Assembly (NCBI GenBank): GCA_009103225.1
Contig: RHPI01001052.1
Coordinates: 62,001-126,000, forward strand
From: Chlorokybus atmophyticus
Lineage: Eukaryota; Plantae; Mesostigma and Chlorokybus algae
Length of the DNA stretch: 64,000 nt
Reading direction: 5' to 3'
Below the pieces are notes generated by a model. It was not told where the DNA came from. It saw nothing but the letters and a program-made list of their open reading frames with translations, and made no database searches. Numbering within the stretch: position 1 is the first letter of the stretch; each line of letters opens with the position of its first letter. The position numbers were made by a program, and so were the translations under genes. Of the stretch, positions 39,749 through 53,329 are shown one piece after another.

Positions 39749-42132
39749 TCACCACATTTCTTCAACCACGCGGGGTTCTGGTATCGGGGTGCCCCATTCA
39801 TCTACTGGCATATCGAAAGCAGCCATGGTTAACCTGAAGTCCAACGGCAATGGGGCCCTGAAGCACATGGTCTCATGCGACTCGGGATGCGCAAACTGGA
39901 GTACTGCAGCGTGGAGCGCTTGATGCTGTATTACAGTACGTTGTGGGTTTACCACGCCGCAGCTGATAGGCACCGCGCCATACAGCTCGTCCTGTACGAT
40001 CGGGTAACCGCTGTGCAGCAGATGCACACGTATCTGATGCGTCCTTCCCGTCAACGGCGTGGCTCGCAAAAGCGCTGCACTACACGACCAAATCAAAGGT
40101 TATAAGGACCTGTGCGTCTGCGCGTGTGGGGTCGACAGCGGGGTTACATGCATGCACACATGCATGTGCTTGCACGCATGTGCGTGAGTTTGTGGCTTTG
40201 TGTGAGGTGTGGGTGCGTATGAACAGTTTGTCAAGCGGATTCATACGCGTCTTACCTCTCTTTGGGGTTGCTTAGCACGCACTCAAAGTGCGTAACCGCG
40301 CTCTTCCCGCTCGACGACAACACCTGCCTTGCGATGGGGTGCCCGGGGTTGCGGCCGATGGGTGCATCCAAAATGAAACCGTGAGGGGGGGTGCCCACAA
40401 CCAACGCAAAATAGTGCTTCTGAACCTGCAGTGCTATGTTTATTACACCACCAACCCACATGAACCCACATCATATACATTCCATAATTGGAATTCCAGG
40501 GAAGGCCGCTTGGCAGCACGGGCTTCGGCACACGGCCAACTTTTAGCACGTACTCGCAAGCCCCACCGGTGTTCAATTTTGCAACAACGCCTCGCACAGC
40601 GCACACGCCTCCAGACTGAGTCTGGTGGCGTGGGCGCTGTGCGAGGCGTTGTTGCATATGGACGAAACACATGTGGGGGGAGTGAGTACGTGCCGAAGAC
40701 CTTGCTGATGCCAGGCGCATGCACCTGTATGTGCATGAAGTGTGGAGCACGAAGCATTTACAACTACTGCTTGACAAGTGCCATTGCTCGTAAGAATGTA
40801 CAAGGTGCACACTTGCATGTGACTGTGTGCTAAAGGGATGCATGCGTACTTACTAACTGCTTATCAATTGTGCAAGCTGCGTGATTGTGACACATGCAAG
40901 CCTGGACCTGGTGGCGTCTGAACTGTGTCGCGATGGCCGTTGCAGCTGGTTTTGTCTTGGCGAAGCACACAACGCCACTCGTGTACATGTCCAGGCGGTG
41001 GAGGGTGTACGGTGTGTTGCTTAGGTAACCTGCCTGCCAGCACACACGAGGGAGATGTATGCCATGACAGGTGAATGGTTGCCGTCAGACACATACACAA
41101 GATGGGTTGTCGCAGGAACTCATCCATAGACGAACCAAACATCGTCACCATCACGCACCACGAAGTTGACCAGGGCGCCGCCTTCATAATGGTGTCGTGG
41201 GGAGTGGCGGATGCCAGCTGGCTTGTTCACTGCCTGTGATGATGCTTGTGTGCTCGCACGTAGAGTGCGTGCGTGTCCATATGTTCGTGCATGTGCGTAT
41301 TGTATGTGTGATGGCCTGCGTGTGCACATGTGCAGGTGTGTGTGCATGCTTGTAATGTGAATGTGGGCATGCACCTGTGCGCATGCTGTTCTTGAAGCAG
41401 AGAATGTGTCAATGCACATGCGTGTCCACGCGCATATGTGTATACATGCGTGTGCGTATGTGTGCGCAGGCCTGCGTGTGTGCGTGTACACGTGCGCGAG
41501 CGTGCTTGCATGTTTCTGTAAGCATGCACATGTGCGCATGTATCTTTGTGGAAGAGGGAATGTGCCAATGAAGACGCGCTCATGCATGTCCGTTTGCAAG
41601 CATTTGCACGTGTGGCACCTGTTGACATAACATACAGATGGTCTTGGCTGCATAGTCTGCTACCACTCACCAGCAGGCAGTCGTCCTCATACAGCACCTC
41701 AAGCGGGCCAGCCTCACGCCTGAGCGACGCAGGTGGCGGGGTTGGCGTCTGATGTGGTTTTGGTAGGGCCGCCCTGGATACTCTCTGCGGAAAGAAGAAA
41801 CACTGTGTACAACCACGAGGACAGAAACCCAAAACAACGACATCAACGACAACAACCAACGGGCTTACGAGCTGCGCTCTTGATGGCGCAGGCAGTCCAG
41901 TGGCTGTGCCGCCGCTGTGTGAGACGAGCATGAGGGCCCTGCTAATGTCCTTGTAGATAGTAGTCTTCTGTGACTCCAGCTTCTCCTTGTGCTCGCAATT
42001 GCCGCCGCCACGGCTTGGGCTCAGAGACTCGGCCCATCGCTGCGAATCTGGGCAAGCAGCTGTCGTCGTGTGCACGGGCGCTTGGGACTTGAGGGTGCCT
42101 TGTGTGAACATGCATTGCTTTTGGCCTGCCAT
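39749..42132 (-). CDS. RluA-family pseudouridine synthase; multi-exon, start uncertain
   Basis: LEVLYEDDCLL|AVNKPAG, catalytic HRLDMYTSGV, LDAPIGR, TPLTGRTHQIRVHL, YPIVQDELYG, ALHAAVLQFAHP. Confidence 0.92.
40509..40715. repeat. ~200 bp imperfect inverted repeat with a 37 bp near-perfect core stem (40580-40656), intronic
   Basis: Core arms tgcaacaacgcctcgcacagcgcacacgcctccagac / gtctggtggcgtgggcgctgtgcgaggcgttgttgca pair with 2 mismatches around a TGA loop. Outer arms also pair (40546-55 with 40684-93; 40514-31 with 40690-707). Confidence 0.9.
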
Positions 42133-42716
42133 CTGAATCACCAACACTTAACAAGTGAGTCCCAAGGGACTCCCATGTCATCATAACAAGACAAGTTCAG
42201 TACCACAGCGGGGAAAGTTGGGGTTTTGCAATAACACAGAATGTAAACAAAGGGTCTGTTGTGGTCTCCCAGCAGAAGTGATGTGAGGGTTGCACAGTCA
42301 CACTCTTTGTTTCAACAATGTGCCTGCAATGCCCAAGTACACTCCAAATGTCAGCAGCAACGCGGGTGCAAAATGGGCGCAATCGGTTAATTATGCAGAT
42401 GGGATATGGACTGTTGCGTTGCTCGCCCTTGCTTACCACAGTTGTGACAACATGGCATGCGAGAACGTACTTCATGCATTGCCATGGCATCGGTACAAGC
42501 TAGTCGCAAACCAGCTGTGTCAGCTAGAGAATGCTGTCAAAACAACTCGCCAACAAGTGCATCACAGACACATCAAAGTTGACCAGTCACACAGCACAGA
42601 TGATGTACACCAACAGCACATCCCGGACTAGCTAAGCTCCTCTCAACAACAGCTCTGTACAACAAGGCTTGTACAGCACACGCAGACCAAGTCACACAAA
42701 TACACACCAGAATAGA

Positions 42717-45245
42717 CTAATGCTGGCTCCATTGAATCTTGCTGATGTCAATGCCCTCTTGGACCATCTCCCAAAGCGGGCTCATGGCACGCAGCTTCTC
42801 AACTTGCTCCACAGTCTGCCAAACACCAATGCCAGACTCAATCAGCACACTCTCCAAAACCATCGAAGGCACACAAGAAGCACGCAAAAACCCCCACCGT
42901 TTCAATGGCATACTCAATCTCTGCTTCTGTGGTGAAGCGCCCGATCCCAAACCGTATAGACGTGTGTGCCATGTCCTCTGCTACACCCAGCGCGCGCAAC
43001 ACGTAGCTGGGCTCCAAACTGGCACTGGTGCACGCACTCCCGCTGGACACAGCCATCTGCAGAACAAAGCAATGAACACATGCGCACAAAAACCATGACA
43101 AAGCACGACCGCTGAAACATGAGATACAATACAACAGTCCGGCCACCAGCTGGTGCTCACTTGCTTGAGGCCCATCAGTAAGCTTTCGCCCTCAACATGA
43201 GCAAATGACAGGTTGAGGTTGCCAGGGTATCGCCGCTCAGCGTCACCATTGAGCACGACGCTTGCAATGCGGGAGGTAATGCCATCGTACAAGCGCTTTG
43301 ACAAGCGCTCAGCATGTTGCCGATCCCGCTCCATCTCCTGCAAGGCGACTTCTGCAGCGGCCCCAAAGCCAACAACGAGAGGCGTAGGCAAAGTGCCACT
43401 GCGCAAGCCTCGTTCCTGCACAACAACGCAACAACCATGAGACACAAAAGCCGGTGTTTGCACTGCCACACAGCACATGTTGACTAAAACAGCACAAGTG
43501 ACAGGAGCCACCACTCAAATCACAAGCACGATATCGACAGAATGTCAGCAGAGACTGGCTGGTGTGACAACCAGAAATGATCAGTTGACCTGCTCACCTG
43601 TCCACCACCGTTGATGAGAGCCTGCATCCGCACACGTGGTCGCCTTCTGATGTAGATTGCACCAACACCTTTCGGGCCGTACAATTTGTGTCCGCTCAAG
43701 GACATAATGTCGATGTTCATGGCGTTGACATCCACGGGAATCTTGCCGGCAGCTTGAGCAGCATCAGTGTGGAAAAAAACCTTCTTTGCTCTGCAGAGCT
43801 TGCCAATCTCTTCCATCGGCTGGACCACACCAATCTCATTGTTGACAGCCATGATCGACACCAAGGCAGTGTCAGGGCGGATCGCTTCTTCCAGCTTTTG
43901 CATATCTATCAATCCGTTTGGCTGTACAGGCAAGTACGTGACGTCAAAACCCTCCTGTTGCAGCTGCCGGCACGAGTCCAGCACGCACTTGTGGTCCGTC
44001 TGCGTGGTAATGATGTGCTTCTTTTTGTCCTGGTAGAAGTGAGCGACACCCTTGATGGCCATGTTGTTGGACTCCGTTGCACCAGATGTGAAGATAATCT
44101 CCTTTGGGTCGGCGTTAATCAACTTCGCAACTTGCTGCAGAGAAGCTACGGTTGGAATGAACGCATGGATGCCAAAATTGCAAATTTGTAAGTGATCATT
44201 GAGATATTGAAGTTGTGAGTACGTACGCTGCATGTGCAACCACAAACCTGTCTGGCTCGTTCGATAGCATCTTCTGACTCCCAGCCATAAAGATGCGTTC
44301 TTGAATGCGGGTTACCATACTGCGGCAAGAAGGTTCAAGTCGTGGCAATAATCCAAACAACTACACGTGTGAGTGAAATAGCAAACTCACCAGGTCTATG
44401 TAGTACGGTAGCATAGCATCAAGCACACGCGGATCCACGGGCGTCGTGGCTTGCATGTCCAAGTACAGGGGACGGCCCACAACTTTAATACCCTTCACCT
44501 CATACACATCTGCTAGCACACACGATGTTTACAAATCTACACACTTCGACTATTACAATAACAGGGCATACGTCCAGCATACACTACGGCTTGTGACAAC
44601 TACTGTGACGGACGCGCAGTGTACACTCATCATGTGCCACAGCTGGTATCCTCAAGCCAAATGTAAACGCAGTGACTATCAAGGTAGCTCTTTGGTAGAT
44701 ACCAGATGGTGAATTTGCCTTACGACAGTCGCAGGGCGATTCCAACCATCGCACGATGACTCAGGGCTAGGTACAGGCAGTTCGCTGGTAGGAATACTTG
44801 TAAACGGTGTCACTCAACTGCACGCGTGAAACAGCATGCCTACTAGTGCTAGAAACGGCAGACGACCATTGTCTGCATGCAAGAGAAAAGGTATACACAG
44901 TGCTGCATGCAGCAAGTCAGATTTAGGAAACACACTCTCCAGCTGACAAGCGTGCAGCCAAGCACAGCGGCCGATTTCTGCAAGCACAGTCCTGCAATAC
45001 CCACCTTCCTCAGCGATCTCTTCTGCTAGAGCAACCTCAGCCGCTGATGCATGGTTGCGCAACTGGCAGGAAGCAGCAGCAGAAGGCACGGCTGCTGCTA
45101 CACGGCCAGATGCGCAAGCACCTGCAGCAGAGAGCAATCTGCTGCTGCTGCTGGTAACGCCGCCGACGGCTGGCGTCTGCCCAGCAGCATGCGCAGCCGC
45201 CGCTGTGGCCCGACGCACAAGAGGCGCAAGCACCCTCGCCGCCAT
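42717..45245 (-). CDS. NFS1: Mitochondrial cysteine desulfurase (IscS/NFS1)
   Basis: Ala/Arg-rich presequence [13 protein letters not shown]; YLDMQATT; [12 protein letters not shown]; HTDAAQA; PLP-lysine motif [10 protein letters not shown]; catalytic [22 protein letters not shown]; C-terminus [23 protein letters not shown]. Confidence 0.97.
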
Positions 45246-45874
45246 AGCAGGTACTAGCAACGGACCAGCACCAAACTACGCAGACACCTCCTCAAGCCAC
45301 AACGCCAACAACCCCGCCGCCGCCGCCGCCACCGCCACCGCCGACGTCGCTGACCTGAGTATCACTGGGGGGGGGGGGGGGTAGGTTTTGAGGCGATCAC
45401 TGAACTCAAGCGTTCAGTGAACTTACTGCCCGCCTGGTATTGATGCATTTGCAGCAAAGGGCCCGAGTTCAGTGAGTTCGGTTACGATTGATCGCATCGG
45501 TTCGGTGAACATGCTTATGTCCACACAGACGTCAACTACCTGCTGGAGGTGGAGGCAGAGGCGGAGGCGCAGGCGGAGGTGGCGGGTCCCGGATGGGCAG
45601 CTGGAGTTGGATTACTATGCTATCAACTGTGTGGGCGATTGGTGTTCCTGTGTGACAGGCAGCAGCGTGTAAGTGTGTATACACGTGCGTACTGAAGACG
45701 CAGCAGCAGACGCCTGTTCCGCCATGCTAGCTGGTCGGCTGTCTTGGCAGCGGGCAAGGCGGATGCTACATTGGGGCGATTGAGTATTTCATGGGGCGAT
45801 TGTTTGAGATGTTTGTAGTGTTGTGCTGATTCCATTGCCACTTGCTTGAATCAACTGCACGCTAGCGGGCAAGC

Positions 45875-48800
45875 ATGGAGGGCGCCATTGCTAAGTCTGT
45901 GCGCGAGGAAGTGCCTTGGGAGCAGCTGCCGGAGCGGGTCAGAAAGGCTCTTGTTTCCAAAGACGCATGGCGGTCCAAGTAAGCGGCTAGCCTTGACATT
46001 TGTCCATGTCTTTGGCCATGCATTGTTGCTGTTGGGCACTGCATGGCATGCTTGTTCAAAGAAAGGAGAAAGTGCCTTGGGGACTGTTGTTCACTGGCTG
46101 CACGACCTACTCCAGCTCATATGTTTTTGACGACGTAATTGAACTCCCACTCTGTCCTATCATCACGTGTTGCGGCAATGCACTTCGTGTCTCCCTCAGT
46201 CTAGCAGACATGCATACACACATTGCTCCTTATCTGACTCTCCGCTTAGATCTACCAATGAGAACATGATAGGCAATACTGCATGTTCATTCTTATGCGA
46301 AAGCCTGTTTTGATGGCACAGGCGCAAGGGGGGGGGGGGGGCCGAGAGTTGTCGTTGCGACAATCTTGCAAGCAGATTAGCATCCATAACAGTGTCTACT
46401 TACCAGTCCCAACACAGCGCATATTATGATCCCGTAAGCACAGGCCTCAGACTACGGCGTGCAATGTAGGCACTGACCCCACAATATGCGACAGGGTCAA
46501 AGCGTATTGGGTTGCCAGGGGCCAGCGCTACCCAGGCACTACTTATGCCAAGGAGATTTGCACCGAAATAGACTATTATGAGGAGTTGATACGCCACACA
46601 AGAGCAAAGATGAGGGTATAAAATTGCTCTGCATCTATATTTTCACATAAAAGAAGCGAAACATCCCTGCCATGACATGTCATTTGTGGGGTGGCATGTG
46701 TGCTGTTGTTGTTGGCTTCAGCTCTAGTAGCTATGGTAACACGAGTGTTAAAGCTGTTGCGACACATGACAAGAGTCAGCTTGACACGGTCTCACGCGAC
46801 TGCCTTGTTCAGGTTTTCCCGTACCACCTTGCAGACGTGATATGCCGAGTGATGCGGTTAACACCGTTCAAGTATTACCGACAGCTGTTGTATGACGTCA
46901 TGAAGAACGGTAGGGTTGTTTGCCCATTCATGCACAAGTGGGCTGTGGCGTAACAACGGGTGGATGTATTGACATCTAACAAGGTCACATGTCTCCCAAC
47001 AGAATCGTCATATGACACAATTCCAAACTTTACAGCAGCAGACGCTTTGCGTCTGACAGGGATTGGGCGCAATGAGTTCATTGAGATCATGAACAAATGC
47101 CGAGCCAAGGTACAGGGCTGTATGTGGACATGTCATGACGCGGCTGTTGCAGTTCCTCTGTACTGTTGACCTGAGCCTGCACATGTGTCAGCTTCTCTGG
47201 AAGGTCAACAAAGCGCTGGCCAAGGAGTATATACCTGAGGAGCCAATTGAGTTCCCAATGGAGAGTTGGTGGCAAGTCAAAGCAGTGAACTTCACGCTTG
47301 AGGAGTTTAAGAAGCTTAGTCCAGATGAGCTGGCGCTCATTGATGCGGTTGTCAAGCAAGGCCGAGACACTGTTGGGCAAAATGACATGCGCATCATTCG
47401 CCGCCTGTATCGTCTTGGCCTGGTTTACTTGGATGTACCTATGAACGGAGACGATCGGATATCAGGTATACTGAGGGTCCAGTATCATGTGTCATGTCAG
47501 GTCCACGCGGTTAAGCCATGTGCTAGCTTGTCAGGGCTGTTCATGCATGTTGAGTGTGCGAATGGACTCTTATGCAGTGCCACCTCTGGAGTACTTTGTC
47601 TCCAACAAGAACCAGTCTGATGACAACGCGACAGAAGGGTACGTGACTGCATTCTGGGGCAGTGCGCGAGTTGTGTGCATGGTAGTATATACAACTTACG
47701 GATGCCATACACAGGCTGTTGTACGCGATGTTTGTTGCAAGCACCGAGCGGACAACAGTAGCAGAGCTGGCGGCATTGCTGAGGGCAGATCTGGGCCAGC
47801 TTTGCGCGGCAGCTTCCATTGCCTGTCGCCTTGGTTTTGCTAAGAAACACCTTGACTCCTTATCACCAAGGTGCCAACTTGGTGTTTGCTAGTCGAGACC
47901 TGCTTGGTTACTTGGCTATCAACTTATTGCCTAGGGTATGAGCTGCTGTCCTTTTCCCACCAGGTCAACAGATGGCGCCGACCGCCAACCCTTTGCCAAT
48001 GGGAACTTGCTGGATCGCGATTTGCCGCGGTCGTCTCCTCAAGAGTTTGCCTTTGTTGTAGACACAACGCTAACATCCTTCCTGCTGATGGGCAACCTCT
48101 CCGCAGGTATGGTCTAACACATATATGAGAACCTGTTCCACCGTTTGGTACTATATCACACATGCTGCCGGATGTTGGTGTTCACAGCATCCTTGTGGCA
48201 GGGGTGAAGCGACATGCGTACACGCTTTTTGAGGTAGGAAAGCTAGCCGACTCCAGCACTGGAGAGTTCCTGCACGAGTTGGACCTCATGGCTCAAGCAG
48301 AGGTGCACTATGAGGGCGAGGTAAGTGGAAGGTGCCATGCAGTTTATTATGAGCATATTCCCACTTGCTGGCCCGGGCAGCAAGACAAATTGTATATAAC
48401 CAACTTAGGTCAAGCGTTTCTATGACCATGCCATCTCCTTGCATCGCGCTTTGAAGTGTCTGCTTCATCGCACAACACCAAAGCCTGACGTTGCTCAAAT
48501 AGCCTCTCCACCTGTTGTTGCACTGATTGCGGTCACAGCAGGTATGTATCCTTATCAACATTTTGGAAGGTTCCACAATTGCTCCCTTGTCATGTTAAAT
48601 GTGCCTGCAGATACGGACCTTATCTCTTTGAGTCCACCCACTGGGGCGCAAAGCGCGTTTGAGGAGGATCTGTTTAGCTTGAAGGAGAACCCATTTCGGG
48701 AGGACACTTCAACTGCAGAACAACCTGCGCCTGTGCCGCAACAGCATGAGCAAATGGCGCAAAGTTCAGAACGTGCAGACGTTGTTCCAGATGGCCATAC

Positions 48801-50307
48801 TGCTGGTGTTGAAATCCTGCGGGCTGACAGTCTTGAAGCGCTGCCTCCCGCCATTTGCCGCCGCATGATGAGTAGAGATTATGCCGTTGTGCTCGCCATG
48901 GCACCACTGGCATCACCACCGTTGCCGATTCCACCTCACTTGCCAGGTATGCTCGATATGGATGCCCTGACAGACATGTTGTTCTCCTTCCTATTGAGTT
49001 TGTCGAGCTCATTGTGGGTTGTATCAGGCCCAGCATACTTTGGTTCGCCTGCGCCGGAAGCACGTGCCCCATGGTTGCGTCTGCTGCTGTACCAAGCGGC
49101 TGGTGCAGGGCTGCCCACTCTGGCGCTGGCCCAAGGGCAGCGCCTGCGTCTGTTGCCGCCGGCGTTGGCCGGCACGCAGCGTGTGCTGCTCTGTCCCTGG
49201 GACGACCTGGGCGATGTTGGAGGTGGCAAAGGGTAAGCAACAGCTGGCAGTCCACAGCTACACTCAGTATTCGGTTGATTGGTTAGCAACGCATAATGCA
49301 TTGGGGGCCTTGTGTCTGTGTGCATGGATGTATAAGCAAGCAATGCGTCTTCGCACTTATATCTTGTACAACGCTTGCAGAGAGCCATGGGCGGTAAGCC
49401 GTGACACGTTGCTTGGCACCCTCAACGATTGCTTGAGGTCAACCGCTGTTCTGGCTCAGCCGCTACCTGACGAGGGCGACTCAGACGGAAAGGGGCACAC
49501 CGCTGTGCACACAGTGGACGTGCCCCTTCCGCTGCCTCGGCATGATGATGACGGTGGTGAAGCTGGCAACAGAGAGCTGACAGAGCGCCAGAGACTGAGC
49601 CGTCATCCCGCTGTCCTGCACGCTGTGGATGAACTTCAACTGCAGACGTGTGTTGGCTTCATACGCATGGTATGGCATAGCCACATCTCCACATAATGTC
49701 CGAGGCCAGTTATTCTTCATCTATTCATTCCCTGTGTAATATCACACTCATGAAACAGGTACGCATTGGAAAGACTGGTGCAGACCGCTGGGTCCCGCAA
49801 GACCTGCAGTTTGGAGTGCCTCTATTTGACCCAGAGTTGTGCAAGGAGATTTGCGACCGGGCCGTGCGGTTGGGCCTTTTTGCCGCAGCCAACTTAGAAA
49901 AGCATCGCAACGCCATGGCAAACTTGCGCTCTCGGCTGCTGGCCCTTATAGCATCCCTCAACCAGACTTGGGTGGACGGTTCGCCCAGCCCAGTCCTGGA
50001 CTCTAATGAAAGCTCTCCAGGCGCTGAAGACTCCAGCAGCACAGACGCTCCAATACCAGGCTTCATGGCCACACCCGATAACACTAAGAACAGAAGCAGC
50101 AGCCAGGGTGGGGCAGCGAGCAACAACGAGGAAGAGGATGTGCAGGCCCTCGGCGTGTACCGCGCCGCGCAGCCCAGCGTGAACCTGTACTTTGATGGCT
50201 TGAAGCTTGCACCAGCCGTGCTGGACAGATGTACACAGGGTAGACTGGTGCCGGCTATCCTTGGGCCCGCACCGTGTGCTCCTGGTGCGAGACGCAAGTT
50301 GGCGTAA
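45875..50307 (+). CDS. FAM91A1: FAM91A1 homolog (Golgi/endosome trafficking)
   Basis: [16 protein letters not shown]; [22 protein letters not shown]; [34 protein letters not shown]; [13 protein letters not shown]; [18 protein letters not shown]. Confidence 0.93.
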
Positions 50308-51051
50308 TGCAACCTGTTGGCTTGCTGGTGATGACATGGATGTTTGCACTTGTTTTGTGACTTACATTATCAACCGCCATTGTGCCGTCATTGGTTGTGC
50401 ATACACAGCGTGTTGAGCCTTACACGCACACTCTCCGTATGTATATACATACAACTGAGAATATTCAACTCTCATACACGTATGTGCCTGCTGTGATGGT
50501 CAATGTTGCATGACACTCGCACTTGTCTTTGCATAATGACGCTCGCATTGCAGGTTGGCCATAAGTGCAGGGCTTGGACGGCCGTCAGCTTGCCACGAAA
50601 ACCATGATCATGCAAGTTACTGCTTCTGAACCCTATCTATAGTGAAGAATTGAGCAACATACAGTTGATACAAATGGGTTGACCAAAAACAGCAGAACAT
50701 GTAGCAAGTGGCACTACTTGGCCAATGCACTGTTCAGATGTCCAAAGCTTCATCTTTCATGCACACACACTCAATCGGAGAAGCGCCTCTTGAAAGCAAG
50801 AAGTTGCTTGCAACTACCCCTGAGATGCAGAAGGTTGCTACAAACCCCTTGGGCGATGCTGAACGTACAAAACGTCACTTAAAACTCACTCAGCGACATA
50901 TCTAGCTTGGGACCTGCAGGCCTTGGTCTAGCAGCCATAGCCCGTTGGCTGCTGCGACTTTGATGAACTGGCGAAGGCATGGATAAGAAACTTACAAGAA
51001 ATGTGCGGGGTGGGCTCGCGTGCGGTATATACACATCATTTGATAGAGCTA

Positions 51052-52716
51052 CTACTTTCGGGTCATCCAGTACAGGAGAATGAACACAGCGAAGCAGATG
51101 CCTATGAAGATCACCAGTTGACGGCTTGATTTTGTCGACATGATCTGTAGTAAACGCCCGCCAGTTAGTACATTGCCAAATGATGTCCCTTTTTGTACTA
51201 TTATGGACTGAGGCAGGGTTGAAATCTTCACCAAAGAAACGCACCAAGCAACCTCGCAGCATACCTTGTTGAATCTATCCATGGTGCCCCCAAGTAGCCC
51301 TCGTGTACCATCCATATCTTGCCCCTGCATGCAGCTGGTTATGTCGTGGTACTAGTGCTAGACTACAACCGGCCACACATGCATGAACAAGACCAAAAAG
51401 GTGGTTGCTAAGGCCTCACGCTCGGGCCATAGTAACATGGGGGATACGAAATTGAAGCCTGGCTGTTCATGTGCAACTGGCAACGGTGAATACTACTCAC
51501 CATGCGATCCAGAAGGCGGTGTTGGCTGTCAACCTCTTGATTAATGTCCATAGTCACCTGCCATGGGACCAACACAACCACGTTTGCTTTTGCCTGTACT
51601 TGACAGTGTGACCCTCAACACTGGTTAATCCCAACTAAAGAAGCTATTCGATGCCAATCGCAACTGCCAGTACATGTAATGCTTCCCCTGCATATGTGCG
51701 TGTACGCACATGTAGATACCTACAACACCTCAGCACACCTGCATGCTGAAATCTAGTGGGTATCTACATATGTGTGCGAGCATGTATGTAAGCACATGCA
51801 TGTGTTTGTGGGCGCATGTTGTCCACATGTGAATATGGACCTATGAGCGTGTATATGCACACATGCATATAAGCGAGACCAATGTGCCCAGCGATCAACT
51901 ATGCATCGATGCACAGTTGATCGCCCACCACCAATGTATCGCAAGCAAGTGCGTACAACCAATGTGTGCACATTACCCGTTTGAGGATGGACACGCGGTC
52001 AGAGAGCTTGTCGAGGGATCGATCGTTCTCCTGCTCAGCGAGTTCACGGTCATCATAGAGCTGCCCGCGCTGCGCGTTGCCGCTGTCCGTCGCGGCCTCG
52101 ATGTCATTGAACAGCGCCCCGCGCGCCGAACCCAGGCCGCTGCCCCTGCTTTACATGTGCATGCCGTGTCGCTTTGGGAGCAGCACAAACAAAGGTGTTC
52201 AACGGGACGCACGAAGCATTCCTATGTTGTGCATACATGCTCAATTGATGAATCCAATCAACCGCGAAAGCATTGCTAATTCAGTTGGCAATCATAAGCT
52301 AATGCCCCAAAGCTGCAGTATGATGGTGGCATGACGCCAACGAACATCCGAGCTTGCGCAAAATGTACGCATGCAAACGTGGACAGCTATACACAACACC
52401 CTGGACATGACTGAGAGTTGCAGCTTCGTATGGCTGGATGTGAAGGACAGTTATGTATGCTTGCTTTGGCAAGGACTGTTGCTAACCTGCGCTCTATCTA
52501 GTCGCTGTTATAGTACAGCGTACAAGTTTCATTTTGCGCTGCAAACACGGGTCTTGGAAAGCAAGTGCGTTTTTGCTGCTGCTGCTGCTGCTGCTACTGC
52601 TGCATTGCTAACTACCCTCAATGAAACCTTGATTCCAGTACATTCAGGCTTGTGTTGAGATCTGCGCTGAGATTGAAAGTCAACCAAGCACAAATCCCAA
52701 CCAACCTCTTGTTCAT
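51052..52716 (-). CDS. BET1: BET1-like Qc-SNARE
   Basis: Spliced MNKS|GLGSARGALFND...EQENDRSLDKLSDRVSILKR|VTMDINQEVDSQHRLLDRM|GQDMDGTRGLLGGTMDRFNK|IMSTKSSRQLVIFIGICFAVFILLYWMTRK*, a SNARE coil plus C-terminal TM. It lies on the minus strand, although the ORF track labels 51052..51330 as +. Confidence 0.92.
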
Positions 52717-53134
52717 GGCAGCCGGCTGACAAATCACTAGCTGCTGCGGTTGCAACGACCTCCTCCTGCCAGAGAGCGCCTGCCTTGTTCTACGTCAGTG
52801 CTCGTGTGTGCTCACTCTTTCAAAACGCAAACATCAAGAGCAAGAGCCACCGCCCCCTTCACCTCCTCGGGTCATCACGTCCGCCGCCCGCCTCCCCTCC
52901 GTCCGCCGCCACGTGGCAATCGCTCAGGCCCTAACCACACACTCCTCCACATTGACACGCTAGCTTGCTGCGCATTTATTGTTGCGTGGCAGAGTGCAGG
53001 CCTGTGCGGGGTGACGCTGACCTGAGGGCAAGGAGGAGCAGGAGGAGGGAAGCAACACCGACGACGACAAGGACAAGACTGACCGAGGGTGCTCTCGGTC
53101 CGGCCTGGTGTGGTGTTGTAAGGCTTTGTTGAGT

Positions 53135-53177
53135 TGGCCTGGCCTGGCCTGGCCTGGCCTGGCCTAGCCTAGCCTGG
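53135..53177. repeat. (TGGCC)n/(TAGCC)n pentanucleotide repeat in the BET1-VPS2 divergent promoter
   Basis: Seen directly. Confidence 0.9.
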
Positions 53178-53329
53178 TTCATACGCCATTGGCTGAGCGG
53201 CAAGTTAGCAACCAAGCAGGCACACCGGCGGTTGTGCGTACACTGCCTGACCAGGCCAGTGCAGGCCGGGCCAGAGTGAGGCGGAGGAGGACTGTTTGCC
53301 AGTGCCAAACAGTCAATCAGGCAGGCAGG

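Noticed and set aside
41120-41653. Long His/Cys/Thr-rich ORFs here and at 53793-54437 and 58906-59546
   Set aside because: They mostly arise from TG/CA-rich introns that lack stop codons, not from real proteins.
51052-51330. The ORF track lists this ORF on the + strand
   Set aside because: The peptide is encoded by the reverse complement (ATG 51330, TAG 51052), so the label is wrong. It is part of BET1.
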